Notes under the pieces: generated by a model
Seen by the model: only the letters and a program-made list of their open reading frames with translations
Databases searched by the model: none
Told to the model about the DNA's origin: nothing
Source: Camelus dromedarius
Lineage: Eukaryota
Length of the DNA: 64,000 nt
Reading direction: 5' to 3'
NCBI RefSeq assembly: GCF_036321535.1
Contig: NC_087438.1
Coordinates: 8,000,001-8,064,000 of the forward strand
Shown: piece after piece, positions 39,448 to 52,615 of the stretch
Layout: each line of letters opens with the position of its first letter
How positions within the stretch are numbered: the first letter of the stretch is position 1
Made by a program: the position numbers and the translations under genes

Positions 39448-39618
39448 CCGTTATCGGTCCTGCCATGGGATCTCCGAAGTCGACTCTCGTGCTCAGATCC
39501 CTCTCGTACATCACAAGACGGAAATCAACACCCAAGTCAAAGAGCTTTATGGGTTTAAGCAAAAGTAACCTCAGCTGTTTCTTTAACTTAATAGAGTCAA
39601 GTAGGATGTGCTGGGCCC
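39448..39618 (-). other. Candidate coding exon (171 nt; alternative acceptor at 39544), unidentified protein
   Basis: Donor CGG|gtaaga; acceptor gtcccttatcag|G; open frame AQHILLDSIKLKKQLRLLLLKPIKLFDLGVDFRLVMYERDLSTRVDFGDPMAGPIT; CpG-rich unique sequence. Confidence 0.25.
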
Positions 39619-40701
39619 CTGATAAGGGACACTTGATGGCAACCAGTTCTGTGAGCTTTAATTGCACTGTTGATGTTAGCAGAGTCCCAGGGAATTAGCA
39701 TTTTGTCTGCATTAGGGTCTTGACAGACGAAGTTAAGCTACTGGGGAGACAGAAACGGGAGACACGCAGAGATGCTAAGATAAAGGCGTCAAGTATTAAC
39801 CATCCTCAGGGAAGGGCGTGTTCACTGGCTGCTGGTCAGGGGCCTTCCTGACATCACTAGGTCACGTTTCTGGCCCAGGCTCACCTCCGAGCGGGACGCC
39901 TCCACTGAAGGCAAGCCGTCCCATCCTGAGAGCGACTTCTTCCCACAGACCCAGTCCTCTCTGAATTTCCCTCCTTCAGTTATTTTTCAGCAATGCCAGG
40001 GCTTCTCATTACCCTTGGCAAGAAAGTTTAGAGTGAATTCTGATCGCCTGCTCACCGTTTACGTTCAGTCTCCAAATGCCAACGTGATTTCCTCTGTGAG
40101 TTTCCTCCTATTCATTGGTCCCAAGTGTTAGCCCTTTCCTGTGGATGAACTGAATCATCCTCTGAGTTCACTGGGCCAGTGTCCACCACTCCCAGTCCAG
40201 TCCACAATTACTTCCTGATCAGTCTTTCTAAAATACAGCCTTGCACATGCCAGTTTCCTGCTCAAAGCCCTCAACGCTTTCCCATTGCCTTTAGGGGAAG
40301 AAAAATAATTTAACTTAAAGGAAAAAAAAAGTCAGGTCCTCCTCTCCCTAGAGGCTCCAACCTCTCTCCAGATAAATCGCCAGGATTTCCCTGTGGCTGC
40401 TGTTGCATTAGTCTATGCAGTTTTCTTCGAACATGTCTCTAGTTTTATGACTTCTCTGTTTCCCCAATCTTTCAAATACCTGATAACCTGGAACAAAAGT
40501 TACCAGAACGCCTGGTACCAAGTACAAAATAGGCAGTTGGGAATTCCGTCTGTGGAATGAATGAAGGCATACGTATGTAACATACAGACACAACTATTTT
40601 CCGATGGCTGGCGAAAGTATGTCTTAATCCCATGTTCTCTACAGGACTGCAGTTACAATTTTTACTTGCTACATCAACCAGGTATACAGAATTTTCCTAA
40701 A

Positions 40702-40702
40702 T

Positions 40703-40733
<31 letters not shown>

Positions 40734-40736
40734 ACA
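40702..40736. repeat. (CA)n microsatellite
   Basis: Seen directly. Confidence 0.95.
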
Positions 40737-40935
40737 ATGCACACCCTTGATCCATCCACTCCTCCCTTTTGAGTCTCCAACTCCGTTCATGGCCAGGATG
40801 TCTCGATCCAGTCGTCAAAACTAGAACCTCAGAGCTTTCCTCAGTTCCAACCTCTACTCACATTGAAGAGTTACCCGCATTGCAATATGACAACAGAACA
40901 GCAATCACAAAGCCTTCCAGTTGGCAACAGTTTAC

Positions 40936-41338
40936 TGTCACGTGTTGAGCTGTATCTCCCCCAAAGTGACATGTTAAAGTCCCGATCCCCCTATACTTCA
41001 GAATGTGTCTTTATTCAGGTCACTGTAGACACAGCTAAGATGAAGTCACCCTGGAGAAGGGTGGGCTTATCCAGTACGACTGGCTGGCATCCCTATAAGA
41101 AGCGATCTTTTGGGCACTGACGTGCACCCAGGGAGAGCACAGTGTTCAGTGCGGAGCTTCCTGAAGCTACTCGAGACCCCTGGAACAGATCCTCCCTTAG
41201 CGTGTTCAGAAGGAGCGCGACTCTGCCAACAGCCTGATCTCAGACTTCCAGCTTCGAGAACCTGAGACAGTGAATTTCTATTGTTTAAGCCCATCATTGT
41301 GTGGCACTTTGCTTTGGCAGCCCCCGTAAACTAACACA
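40936..41338 (+). mobile_element. MLT1B-like MaLR LTR
   Basis: TG...CA ends; GATCTCAGACTTCCAGC and TTTCTATTGTTTAAGCC motifs. Confidence 0.8.
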
Positions 41339-42847
41339 CTGAGTCCCAACCAACGTGCAAGAAGGCTTTTCAGGTGTAGAGTTCACAGTAACGCTCACAG
41401 TAACCATGGGGTCACTGACAGTTAGGGGTGCACATTTTACAGCTGGAAACAAAAGCTTAGAAAAATGATGTACTGAAGCCATCATCCCGCTTATAAACAG
41501 CAGAGCAAACCAAAACATCTGCGATTCCAAAACTCAAGTTCATAGCCACTCAACTCCTGGCCTCTGGAGGACCTCTCCAGACGCCTTCGCAGGCTGGGAC
41601 AAGGTCGCGTGCAGGCGGCCCTCACGGCCCTCACACCAGCACTGGTGCACGATATTGCAGAGTTTGCACTTAAGATACTCCTTAAAGTGAACCATGGAAA
41701 CAGAAACTTGAATAAAACAATGCGTTTGATTTCAGCCAAGCCCCTGTTCACAGAGAAGGTCCGAAAGGCAACCTTATTTTTATCTCATTTATCAGCTGTG
41801 TTATTTAAAACGAAATGAGTCATAAACGAATCGAACATGCTTGGCTGCACATTTTTTACTGTTTCTTTTATAACGCAAACATACCATTAAAATGGTAGCA
41901 TCACACTGTGCACAAATAATGAAAAAACTGAATTCTGAAAACATTTCAAAGTTTATACTTCATCTTCACACACAGTGTGTGACTGCATGACAAAGCAACT
42001 AACAACCCAAACATTTCCTCGCTATTTCAAAGAGAGAATTATGGAAAGTACTGAATACGAAACATAACTGCCTTTTCTTTAAGAATTAACCATAGGTAAA
42101 CTCCTCAAAGAAATGTGTACTGTCTTTTTTAAAAAGATATCCTAGGGTAGAGTTGGGAGTTGTTCTGGAAAACTCTCTTTGTGGGAAAGCTGTCCTCATA
42201 CCAGCACGGACCAGGGCTACATGTAGAGCAGCAGTTCTCAAAGTCTGGTCCAGGAACCCCTGGACTCCTTTCCCGGAACCTCTAAGGATAAGACTATTGT
42301 CAGATCAATACCAAGGTCTTATTTGCACTTCTGACGTTGTTGACATTCCCCCCGAAGCTGCAGAGGCAACGGTGGGTAAAACTGCTGGTACGTTTGCAGA
42401 AATCAAGCCAGCGACATCAAACTGATCCCTGCAGCCATTATATTCGTCATTGTCACATACTGGCAGTTAAAAAAAAAAAGTGCCAATTCCAATTAAGAAT
42501 GTCCTTGACACAGCAGTAAAAATTGATTAATTTTATCAAATCTTGACCCTTGATTGCACTTCTTTTTAATATTCGAGGTGATAAAATGGAAACGAGGCAT
42601 AAAGCTCTTCTGCTTTACTACGGTTCTCTCCTGGAGAAGCACTTGCTCGTGTGCCGAGATGTGAAATGAGCCAGCCGCTCTCTTCATGGGACACTAGTTT
42701 TACTCCAAAGAAAGACTGACAGACTAGCTGTGGTTACTCAGTCTTGAGTATTTGCAGGCATTTTCTTATGAACCACGATGGACAAAGTGAGCCCCTGCCT
42801 TCAAGGAAAGTAACTGACAGTATTCAAACTTCCACGACAATATTAAC

Positions 42848-43775
42848 CAAGCAATTCTCCAATGAAGACATACAAGTGGCCAACAGGTACATGAAAAAAT
42901 CCTCAATATCACTAATTATCAGAAAAATGCAAACCAAAACTACAATGAGGTATCACCTCATACCAGTCAGAATGGCCATCACACAAACAATAAATGCTGG
43001 AGAGAGTGTGGAGAAAAGGGAACCCTCCTACACTGCTGGTGGGAATGTAGTTTGGTGCAGCCTTTACAGAAAACAGTACGGAGATTCCTGAAAAAACTAA
43101 AAATAGACCTCCCCTATGACCCAGCAATCCCACTCCTGGGCATATATCCAGTGGGACTAATTCGAAAAGATACATGAACCCCAGTGTTTACAGCAGCACT
43201 GTATACAATAGCCAAGACATGGAAGCCACCTAAATGTCCATGGACAGATGACTGGGTAAAGAAGTTGTGGTATATTTATGTAATGGAATACTACTCAGCC
43301 ATTAAAAAAGAATAAAATAATGCCATTTGCAGCAACATGGATGGACCTAGAGATTATCATTCTAAGTGAAGTAAGCCAGAAAGAGAAAGAAAAATACCAT
43401 ATATCACTCATATGAATCTAAAAAAAAAAAAAAAAAAAAGAAAAAGAGGACACTAATGAACTCATCTACAAAACAGAAACAGAGTTGCAGACATAGTAAG
43501 TAATCTTATGGTTACTGGGGGAAAAGGGAGAAGGGATAAATCTGGGAGTTTGAGATTTTCAAATGATAACCACTATATATAAAAATAGATTAAAAAACAA
43601 ATTTCTTCTGTATAGCACAGGGAACTATATTCAATATCCTGTAATAACCTTTAATAAAAAAGAATATGAAAAAAAATATATGTATGTACATGCATGACTG
43701 GGACATTATGCTGTACACCAGAAACTGATACATTGTAACTGACTATACTTAAATTAAAAAAAAAAAAGAAAAAAG
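42848..43775 (+). mobile_element. Young L1, ORF2 C-terminus plus 3'UTR
   Basis: FSNEDIQVANRYMKKSSISLIIRKMQTKTTMRYHLIPVRMA...; 3'UTR and A-tail; no obvious TSD. Confidence 0.95.
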
Positions 43776-43969
43776 AATGTGGGAAAACTTGGACCGGCCA
43801 CCTTGAATTTAAACATTTCCTAGTATACAAATACTTTCTCATGATATTATTGGTAATACTAACAAACACGACTTTTAAAAATATGTCATTTAATGAAATA
43901 TATCAACCTTCAGAATGTCGGCGCCATCAGCAGTACACAGCAACGTCATACGTGGGTAAGAGACCCACT

Positions 43970-44562
43970 GATGACACCTGCACCCCAGTGTTCATAGCAG
44001 CACTATTTACAATAGCCAAGACATGGAGACAGCCTAAGTGTCCATCAACGGATGACTGGATAAAGAAGACGTGGTCTATTTATATAGTGGAATAGTACTC
44101 AGCCACAAAAACCGACAACATAACGCCATTTGCAGCAACATGGATGCTCCTGGAGAACGTCATTCTAAGTGAAGTAAGCCAGAAAGAGAAAGAAAAATAC
44201 CATATGAGGTCGCTAATATGTGGAATCTAAAAAAAAAAAAAAAAAAAAAGACAAAAACAAACAAAGCATAAATACAAAACAGAAACAGACTCACAGACAT
44301 AGAATACAAACTTGTGGTTGCCAAGGGGGTGGAGGGTGGGACGGGATAGACGGGATTTCAAAATTGTAGAATAGATAAACAAGATTATACTGTATAGCAC
44401 AGGGAAATATATACAAGATCTTATGGTAGCTCACAGAGAAAAAAATGTGACAATGAATATATATGTTCATGTATAACTGAAAAATTGTGCTCTACACTGG
44501 AATTTGACACAATATTGTAAAATGATTACAAATCAATAAAAAATGTTAAAAAAAAAATAGAG
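43970..44562 (+). mobile_element. Young L1 3' end, same subfamily as 20624-21231
   Basis: DDTCTPVFIAALFTIAKTWRQPKCPSTDDWIKK; perfect TSD AGAGACCCACT (43959-43969 / 44563-44573). Confidence 0.95.
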
Positions 44563-45879
44563 AGAGACCCACTCAGCTAGTCACAATCCATTCAAGACCG
44601 AGCAGTGGATTTACGTAACGCAGTACAAAAAGTTCATTGCTGCATTTTAAAATTCCTTGTTTCTACTAACTTTTAAGAAACTACAACTTACAGAGTTTTG
44701 ATGCAATATTAAAGAATAAAATCATCTAAAAATTTATGAGAACATTCCTTCCTTTTCCAACTACATATCTGTGTGAGGCCAGATTTTCCTCACATATTTC
44801 AAACAAAATGTATTACAACAGACTAACCAAAGAAGCAGATATGAGAACATAGCCAGGCAGCAGAGAGGTTTTCAAAAATATGCAAGAATGCCGTATTTGG
44901 AAAAATACTGTTATTTTAAATGAAATACGTACATCAATACATAAGGGGTTTAGTATCATGACTTTAAAATGAATTCTCAATGAATACATTAAATCCCATA
45001 TTTAAACATGCCTCAATTTTGAAACCTGACACAGTACATATTAATAGATGTAACTCACACAGACAAAAGCTCTTTGAGTTCTTCTGAAATTTTTAAGTCT
45101 ATACGAACGAGTGGGAGTCCCGTATTTTGAGAACCACTGTCCCCAAGGATTTGAATGGAAGAGCTGGAGACAATGAAATAATAGGCCAAAGGATGCCTGA
45201 GTACGGATTTCATTCCAAGATGCAGAAATTTATTCCACTTATCATCATCTGACAGATTTCCAAGAGACAATATTTTTAATTACTTTCACCTCAAAACTTA
45301 CAGTGATAGTTGAGGCAGGAGGCAAACGCCATGTGTCCTGATGTTTGAATGTCAGTTAGCACCTTACACTCTGGACAAGCTGGCTGATAAAGGGCCTTGG
45401 TGCTGAGCACAGCCTCACAAAGTCACCTTTCTCTACTTCTGCCGAATGACATCACATTTCTAAGTTGGTAAACTGGTAAACTATGTCACTGAAATGGCAT
45501 CCAGTCATCAAAGCTTCATGCCTTACCAAAAGCATGGCAATTTTTTAACGATACAAAATCCTTACAAAGTAAATGGTTGTCTCTTGTTCCCTGACTAGAT
45601 GCTAAAGCTTAGAAAGCAACATCGAAATCTGAAGAGTAAAATTCCTTTCTCCGAAACTCTGTATACTTCGCTTTGAAAATGTCTAAATAATTGGATTATC
45701 TCTCATTTAGTTGTGTCTCTCAACAAGCTAGTTCTGTTAATCCCATGATCTTGTTTCTGCCGATTTTATCCACAAACACATTCCTAAAGGAGGATTTTCA
45801 AATTGCTCACGCCAGGCTTTTTTGCACAGGCAGTATGGAAGTGAGCCTCAGGGCACGGGCTGCCCCCATGAACCCAAAC

Positions 45880-46060
45880 TCCATGCTGTACAGTCTGAAT
45901 GATGCTGCAAGTGACAACGTGTGTCTGCGTCTCAGCTTCTTCAGCTGCGAAACGGGGCCAGGAACAGTCCTCCACAGGGTTTTGTGAGAATTAAAGTGAG
46001 TTGCATTTGGTGAACACTTGAGAACAGTGCCTGGTGTGTGGTGGCCCCTTACTGTAGTAC
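45880..46060. mobile_element. MIR SINE
   Basis: CTCAGCTTCTTCAGCTG...CACAGGGTTTTGTGAGAATTAAA...AGAACAGTGCCTGG. Confidence 0.7.
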
Positions 46061-46964
46061 AGTTGACAAAGCTATTGACTTGGGTCATGTTTCCATGACA
46101 AGTGTCCAGAAAATCTTGGGTTCCTCTGCTGAGACGGGTCTGATCCCTTGCTGAGGGCACGTCCAGACTGAGACCACCGAGGAGGACAACTGCCCAGTCT
46201 CGACAAGCAGAATGCCGGGGGTCTTGGCCAGCCATGCAGACACCTTGGCACCTGCAGCCAGCTTGGATCCTTACACAGTCACGGATCTTTACACAATCAC
46301 TTCCAGCACCAGTGCGTCTCATTACTCTGATGCAGCAGGTAAAAGCGGCGGCTGGTTGATGGGTATGAAACATACACATGAAAACATTAGACATGATGCT
46401 CTCAAAAGAAATAATCCCATTTCCTGGTTGTTGTCATCCATTTGTTCACTTCTGAGTTTGATGCTGTAGAGTCTGTGGCCTCTGGGGGAGCACAGACCCC
46501 TTTGCAGGATGGATGATCTTAGCTGCCCCTGCCCATGGCATCATGAATCAGGTGGATAACACTCAGATTTCCTGAATGGGGAAAACAGAGAAGGTTCCCT
46601 GCTCTTGTGAGTAGGGTGTAGGTTTGGTCTCTAGCAGATGAGAGTGGGATTGTGGTCCTGGAGAAGCAAATGTGGGTGGGAACTAGCCCCGCCTCCACTG
46701 AAAGGCAGGGAAGGTGGATGGAGCACAAGAGTATATAAAGGCTGAGAAGGCTTAAGCAGAGGAAACTATTCTGCCTGGTGACCCACCGGTCCTTGGTCAT
46801 CACCGGCAGCCTCAGAGATGCCCACTGTCATGCTTTCCTGGTTCCTCGGGTCCAGTCAGCCTCCCCACCTGCTCCTTCTCCCCTGAAGGTTTCCAGTGTG
46901 ACGACCAGGCTTGGGGCTTCACCGACTACAGAACCCCTAGTCACCCACACTGCACCCCCCAGCC

Positions 46965-47143
46965 CAGACATTTCCAGATTTAGCAAATAAAACTACAGGA
47001 TGCCCAATTCAACTGGAAGTTCAGCCAAACAGCAAGTTTCTAGTGTATGCCCCATGCCATATTTGAAACAGTTATACTAAAATGTGTTCGTTTATCTGAA
47101 ATTGAATTTTAACTGGACGTCCTGTATTTTCTCCAGCAGCCCC
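46965..47143. mobile_element. MER53-like palindromic hAT MITE
   Basis: CCAGATTTAGCAAATAAAACTACAGGATGCCCA...TTAACTGGACGTCCTGTATTTT. Confidence 0.75.
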
Positions 47144-49613
47144 AGCCCTGCCCCACTATTTGCGCAGCCTCTCCTCCTCCGAGCAGCCCCCCGCCCCCTC
47201 CCATCCTCTCCAGGGAGCAGGCTTTTGTGAGGGATGCTGTTCTCAGACAAGATGGGTCTGCAGCACAGTCTTCCCCTGGGATTACAGATGGTAGGGGGCG
47301 GGGAATAAAACAGAACTAAACAGGAATAAGCATCTTCGTATATGATCCGTCCACATCTGCTTCCTCACCCAGGGTCCAGCAAACAGGAAGCAGGTTTGAT
47401 CCTCTCAACTGAGGTAGCTGAAATGAGCTAGGAGATCAATTAGATTCCAAAGCCTGAGCTTCCAGGACTATGGGTTGAGGTGTGGACCATGAAAGGTCTG
47501 CATTATCATTTAAAAAATTTAATGCAAACAGCCATGAACGGCTTGTTCTTAAAGGATTCCCTCAAACTTGATGATTTTTCCCTCTTTTTGCCCCTCTCCA
47601 AGACTCTAAAAAATATAAAACAATGCATTTTTGTTTCCTGAAGATTCATTCTTAGGAGAGAAAAAAAGCACAACATTCTAGATCCTTAGAAATGATCCTT
47701 CACTCAGCACTGCAGTCAAGGGCAATTTGCAAGGACAGGGAGTGAGGTAAAACACTTTTGTTTCAACGCTAAAATGTGCATTTTTGTATTAAAATCACAT
47801 ACGGTATATTCATTACAAACACTGGAAGAGCACCCCGTTCCTGTCCCTCCTGTCCCCCGGGAAGAAGAAAAGATGGCTCTTTGCAGACTCAGCTGCTCTG
47901 GATTTTCCTCTCATCCTTCCCACGGAGATGACTTTCTCCAGGAGCACGCTGATCTTTACTGCCCCGTTATGTTCTAGTCCAGGTAGGTTTCAATTTGAAT
48001 GACTGAGGGTGTCCTCAGGAAAATGAATAAATCAGAGGAGGGCAGGGAAGAGTCTTAGAAGGAACAGGGCATCTGGGAGCCAGATCCTTGGAGCGCGTGC
48101 ATTCAGGACGGGTGCGGGAATTAGATCACAGTCCAGTCAGAAGTCTACACTAAAGTCGCTTCCCTAGGCTAGTGGTCCGGCTTTTGCTTTCTCATTCATT
48201 GGTCTCTGCTCTCTGTGATTTGTGGATAAAATTCTCCCCCCAGAGGTTGGCCTGTCTTATCTGTTCCGAGAGGGAGGTTGGGAAGGGGGGCTGTGTTTCT
48301 CCGGGTAGGTCGTGCTCTCCTAGTTGGTGGGTGTGACCATCACCCCTAATCAGAGGGAAGGCTGTAGGCAGAGGGAAAGGTCAAGGGAGATGGAGAGGGT
48401 TCCCTGACCTGGAGATGGTCCTTCTCACCCTCTGGGCTGAAATCTTGGAGGTATGTGCTCTGGTTTCAACAAAGGAAGTTGTTCCCTTATACCCCACAGT
48501 CCACTCCTAAGCTAACTATTTGTCTGGGGTCGTGGGAGAGAGAATCAGGTGCGAGGCTGGGGGCTGGCAGCAAATCCCATCAATACTGAATGTGAGAAGA
48601 ACTGGGCTCACCTGCCTCTGGGTGACTTAGAGAAAGGCAGGAAGAAAAGCTTTGCTAAGCTCACCAGCCCTCTACTGACCGTTCCTGGAGAGGAGACCAT
48701 GCTGAAGAGCCACGTGCAACTCCAAAGGCAGCCCCTGCTCCCCAGCTCTGCGAGCTGCCTGGGCGGCTGAGGGCAGCAGGGGGAAACCACCTCCTGGCAA
48801 GGCGAGGAGGTGAAAATGCCCAGCATTATGCCCCCCTGCATCCTGGGGCGGCCCCTGGCGGGTTCCCCAAATGCAGAGAGAAGCCAGGGGGGCCATTTCA
48901 GATGCCCTCTCTCCTCCGGAGACCCCGTCCCTCCTCTTGACCTACGTGCCCCACAGAGTCATCCTCGAGTGCTCACCCCGGGGTGGGCGGTGGGTGGCTA
49001 GACCTTGAACCCTAGTTGGACTTGCTGGCTTCCTCACCCAATCTTCAGCACGCGGTGCCTCACGTTGCTACGTCACTGTGTTTTCTGTGTGTCTTTCCCT
49101 TCAAGACTGTGAACATCCCCAGGTCATGGGCTGCCCCCGAAACTTCTCTCCTTTTCTATGCAATGCTTAGACTATTCCCTGGCATATAGCAGGTTCTTAT
49201 AAACATAGCCGAACTGAACTGAGTTTGCTCCTAGAGATATAAATTGAGACTCCGGTGGGCAGAAAGACTATTATTCCAGACATCAGGATAAAGCTAATTC
49301 CTACTTACTCAGTCTTGTTACAATTTGCTCCTGGAATCCAGCAGGCACAGTCCGGTATGGGGGTTACAAGTTTCCAGAGTGGGCTTGGGAAGCAGACGGC
49401 CTCCCTGAATTCCAGAACTCTTCCCATGAGGTCTGTGGCTCTGCGCAAGTCACCCCTCAGCTGAAGCCTCAGTTTCCTCCTTTTCTAAAACATGGGTGAT
49501 AAGATTACGCTTTTTGCTGGGCTGTTGAGAGAACTTAATAATGTAATGATGCTAATTATTGAAAGGGACGTCTGGCACCGGGGAGAGTGTTCGGTGAACT
49601 TCAGCCATTGGTA

Positions 49614-50276
49614 CAGATCTTCCTCGACTTACTGTGGGGTTACAGCCCAGTGAAAGCACCGGAAGTTGCAAGTATCTAAGTCGAAACAAGGTCCTACTGC
49701 TAAGCACAGGCGACTCTATTCAATACCTTGTAATAACCTATGATGACAAACAATATGGAAAAATACGTACATATTACGTGTGTATAACTGAACCACCACG
49801 CTGTACACCTGAAACTAACATAACATGGTAAATCAACTACACTTCATCAAAATAAAATGCATTTAATGCACCTAATTTACTGAACATCCCGGCTTAGCCC
49901 AGCCTATGTTCAACGTGCACAGGACACGTAATTCGCCTACAACTGAGCAACATCCCCTAACACAAAGCCTATTTTATAATAAAGTGTTAATATCTCATGT
50001 AATTGATCGACAACGGGACTGAAAATGAGAAAGAGAATGGTTGTCTGGGTTCCGAAGGGCTGTAAGTAAGGGTGGTTGACCCTGGTGATGTCGTGACTGA
50101 TTGGTTGCTGCGGCTCTGGCCACTGTCCAGCATCACGAGAGAGGATCACACTGCACATTGCTGCCCAGGAAAGATCAAAATTCAAAACCTCCAGTACAGC
50201 ATCTACTGAATGCATAGCTCTTCTGCTCCATCACAAAGCTGAATTTCTAAGTCAGTCCTAAGGCAGGGACCACCCG
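49614..50276. mobile_element. Tigger4 (Zombi)-like TcMar element with TA flanks
   Basis: TA|CAGATCTTCCTCGACTTAC...GGGACCACCCG|TA; internal CTAACACAAAGCCTATTTTATAATAAAGTGTT. Confidence 0.8.
49685..49856 (+). mobile_element. Short L1 3' tail inserted in Tigger4
   Basis: CAAGGTCCTACTG...GCTGTACACCTGAAACTAAC...AATAAA, splitting Tigger GTCGAAA|ATGCATTTAA. Confidence 0.85.
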
Positions 50277-51389
50277 TAGTTATCTGCTGGCCACAGTACA
50301 GTGATTACCCCTCCTTCTTTGTTCAAGAATATACTCCTGGTCACAGCTTTTCTCCTGGTGCTGCTAATTCCCATCAGCAGAAAGGGTGAGGCAATGGGAA
50401 ATCAACCTGTCTTCACCATCCACTTCCACCACGCTTAGTCATCATCTCAGGTTAGTTCTTCGGGATATCCTGAATCTTGGTGCTTTTTCTAAAATGCGGA
50501 TGACGGTGCCCAATCTACCAGTTGTTAAGGATTAGTACTTTATTAAGGCAATTTGTTGCACAATGAGCAATTTTATGAGTTTCTTCATTGCCTTTCTCAC
50601 AGGCGCATGTGTGCGTGTGCACACACGGGCGCCCGTGCACACCTCCTTGCCATGGCGTAGCATCCTCCTTCTTGACTACCTCAACGCTGCTTACAGGTGC
50701 ACTTCTCATCCCCAGAGAACCCAGGATTTTGTGGGCTGGAAACTGATACAATAATTTTGTGTCTCTTTGTATAAAAAGTTTAAAAGTACAAATACAAACG
50801 TAGGTTTTTTTTTAAAGGAATATTTATTTTAAATGAGAACAGTGACAAGGAACAGTGGTGGGAGGGAAGGTCCTTCCAAGAGAGGGGCCAGGAATTCAGC
50901 TCTAAATTCACCCCCAGATTACTCCCCTTCCTCAACAGGCAGTCCACGCATCCTGTGGTTAAGTCTCCCCTTTTCTGCCAACCCTGCTTGTCCTGACTCA
51001 ACTCTGCTCTTGGCTTGTGAGTTCATCTCCTCTGGTCCCCTGAGGTCAGGGATCAGTCACCTTCCTTTCCCTCTTTTTTGACCAGTTTCCTCCATCCATC
51101 CATTCCCTCCACTGGCCAGATGTCTCCATGCACGCCCCACCAGCCCACGTCCAATGAGGAGGAGAAGTGAGTTTGGGAACCTCTTTATCCCCAGTTCCTT
51201 GCAGCCTGCCGGAGCTGTGTGTTTGCCAAGTGAAAATGAATGAATGAATGAATGAATGTGTCTCAGCATCCTGTCCACTCCCTGCTGGCAGTTTAAAGAG
51301 CACCTCTGGTTCTCTGATTGCTTTCCCAGGCCACCTCCCTCCCTTCTTTGCTCCCTTCCAGAGCTGGTGAATTAACACACGCTGATGTA

Positions 51390-52560
51390 GCCCTTACCAC
51401 AGACACAGCCTTATTCTGAGCATCTTTCAAACACTGACTCTTTTCAGCTTCATAGCCCCCTGATGGGGCAGGCAGCATCACTATCATCTCCGTTTGACAG
51501 ATGAGGAGACTGGTGCGCACAGCATGTAAGTGGATGCCCCAGGACCTCACAGCGAGGAAGGAGCAGAGGAAGGAGGCAAACACAGCATCCAACCTCCAGT
51601 CCTGGCTTTTCACACCTGTGCTCTGCCCCCGTCTCCCTCCCTCGGTCCCTCCCCACTTCCAGGGCCCCAGGAGCTTTCAGGCTTCTCAAGTGTGCCTCCC
51701 ACCCTCCCCTCTTCTTGATGACATCCCTGCAGCCACTTGGCCAGGCTGGTGCTGGTGGCTCACTGATCACAACTTATTGAATTCTTTATTATTTATGCAT
51801 CCTTCCCACACTCAGCAGCCTCCCTCCCACTCCTTCTCTTTCATAAGTGTTTCTCAGTTCTGCCAGGAGCAGGGTACAGGGTTCGGACAGTGACGCCGTG
51901 GCCGTCCCACGCCAGCAAGGCGCACTCACACCTGAAGCACAGCTGCGGACACGGTGCGCCGTCCAGGGGGAAGGTTAAGGATGCCAGGAAGGCTTTTAAT
52001 AAAGAACGCGATTTAGACGGGCACGTGGTGGTGACGGATAAGAACGTGCTTCTCTTGTGCACACCTGAGAGCTGAGTAGGGTCGGCCCAGGGAGAACGGT
52101 GGGGCGTGTCCAAGGCCGAGGGATGCGCCCCCAGGAAGGCCTCAGATGGAAACGAGGCAGGCCCGCGCACGGCACTGAACAAAGGCCTCCCAGGCTGGCT
52201 CAGGATGAAGGCGGATGTGACAGGTGGATGAGATGAGGTCCAGGCAGACAGGATCAGGCACACTCTTAGAGGGCATTTTTTGTATGACTTCAGACTTGAT
52301 CTTAAAGGTAATGGGAAGACAATGAAGAAAGGATTTGCACTGGGGAAGAGCAAGCCAATTTCCATAATTAAAAATAAATATTCTGTGTGCTGTGAGAAGA
52401 AGGCACTAGAAGGGAGCAGGGCAAGATGCGTGAAGACGTCAGTGAGGAGGCTGGTTCGCAGTGGCGCAGGCAGGAGCAGGTGCGAGCTCGGCGCAGGGAC
52501 GTGCAGGTGCAGTTGAACATGACTGAACAGATTTGCACCGAAGCTGGAGGGTAGATATGG
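51390..52560. mobile_element. MIR (about 51390-51620) and L2 (about 51780-52560) relics
   Basis: MIR core TTTGACAGATGAGGAGACTG; L2 motifs GACTTGATCTTAAAGGTAATGGGAAG and CAGTGAGGAGGCTG. Confidence 0.6.
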
Positions 52561-52615
52561 GCAAATGGTTGTTCTCAGTAAACATGTGGGTGAATTAAAA
52601 AGAATGGGCTCTCTG

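Larger units (their letters stand above)
42229..45139. mobile_element. Charlie1(a)-like hAT DNA transposon interrupted by two L1 insertions
   Basis: TIRs CAGCAGTTCTCAAA (42229) / TTTGAGAACCACTG (45139); Charlie motifs ACTACATATCTGTGTGAGGCCAGATTTTC and AGAAGCAGATATGAGAA; about 1.4 kb once the L1s are removed. Confidence 0.8.

Noticed and set aside
38988..39700. Cluster of ORFs considered as a non-retroviral endogenous viral element
   Set aside because: No viral motif recognised in any frame; tBLASTx against viral RefSeq would be decisive.
41540..41818. Protein-looking frame EDLSRRLRRLGQGRVQAALTALTPALVHDIAEFALKILLKV
   Set aside because: No convincing splice sites, ATG or recognisable homology.
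46265..46300. 18-bp tandem duplication GGATCYTTACACARTCAC x2
   Set aside because: Ordinary slippage duplication with only two units and no spacer; not CRISPR-like.
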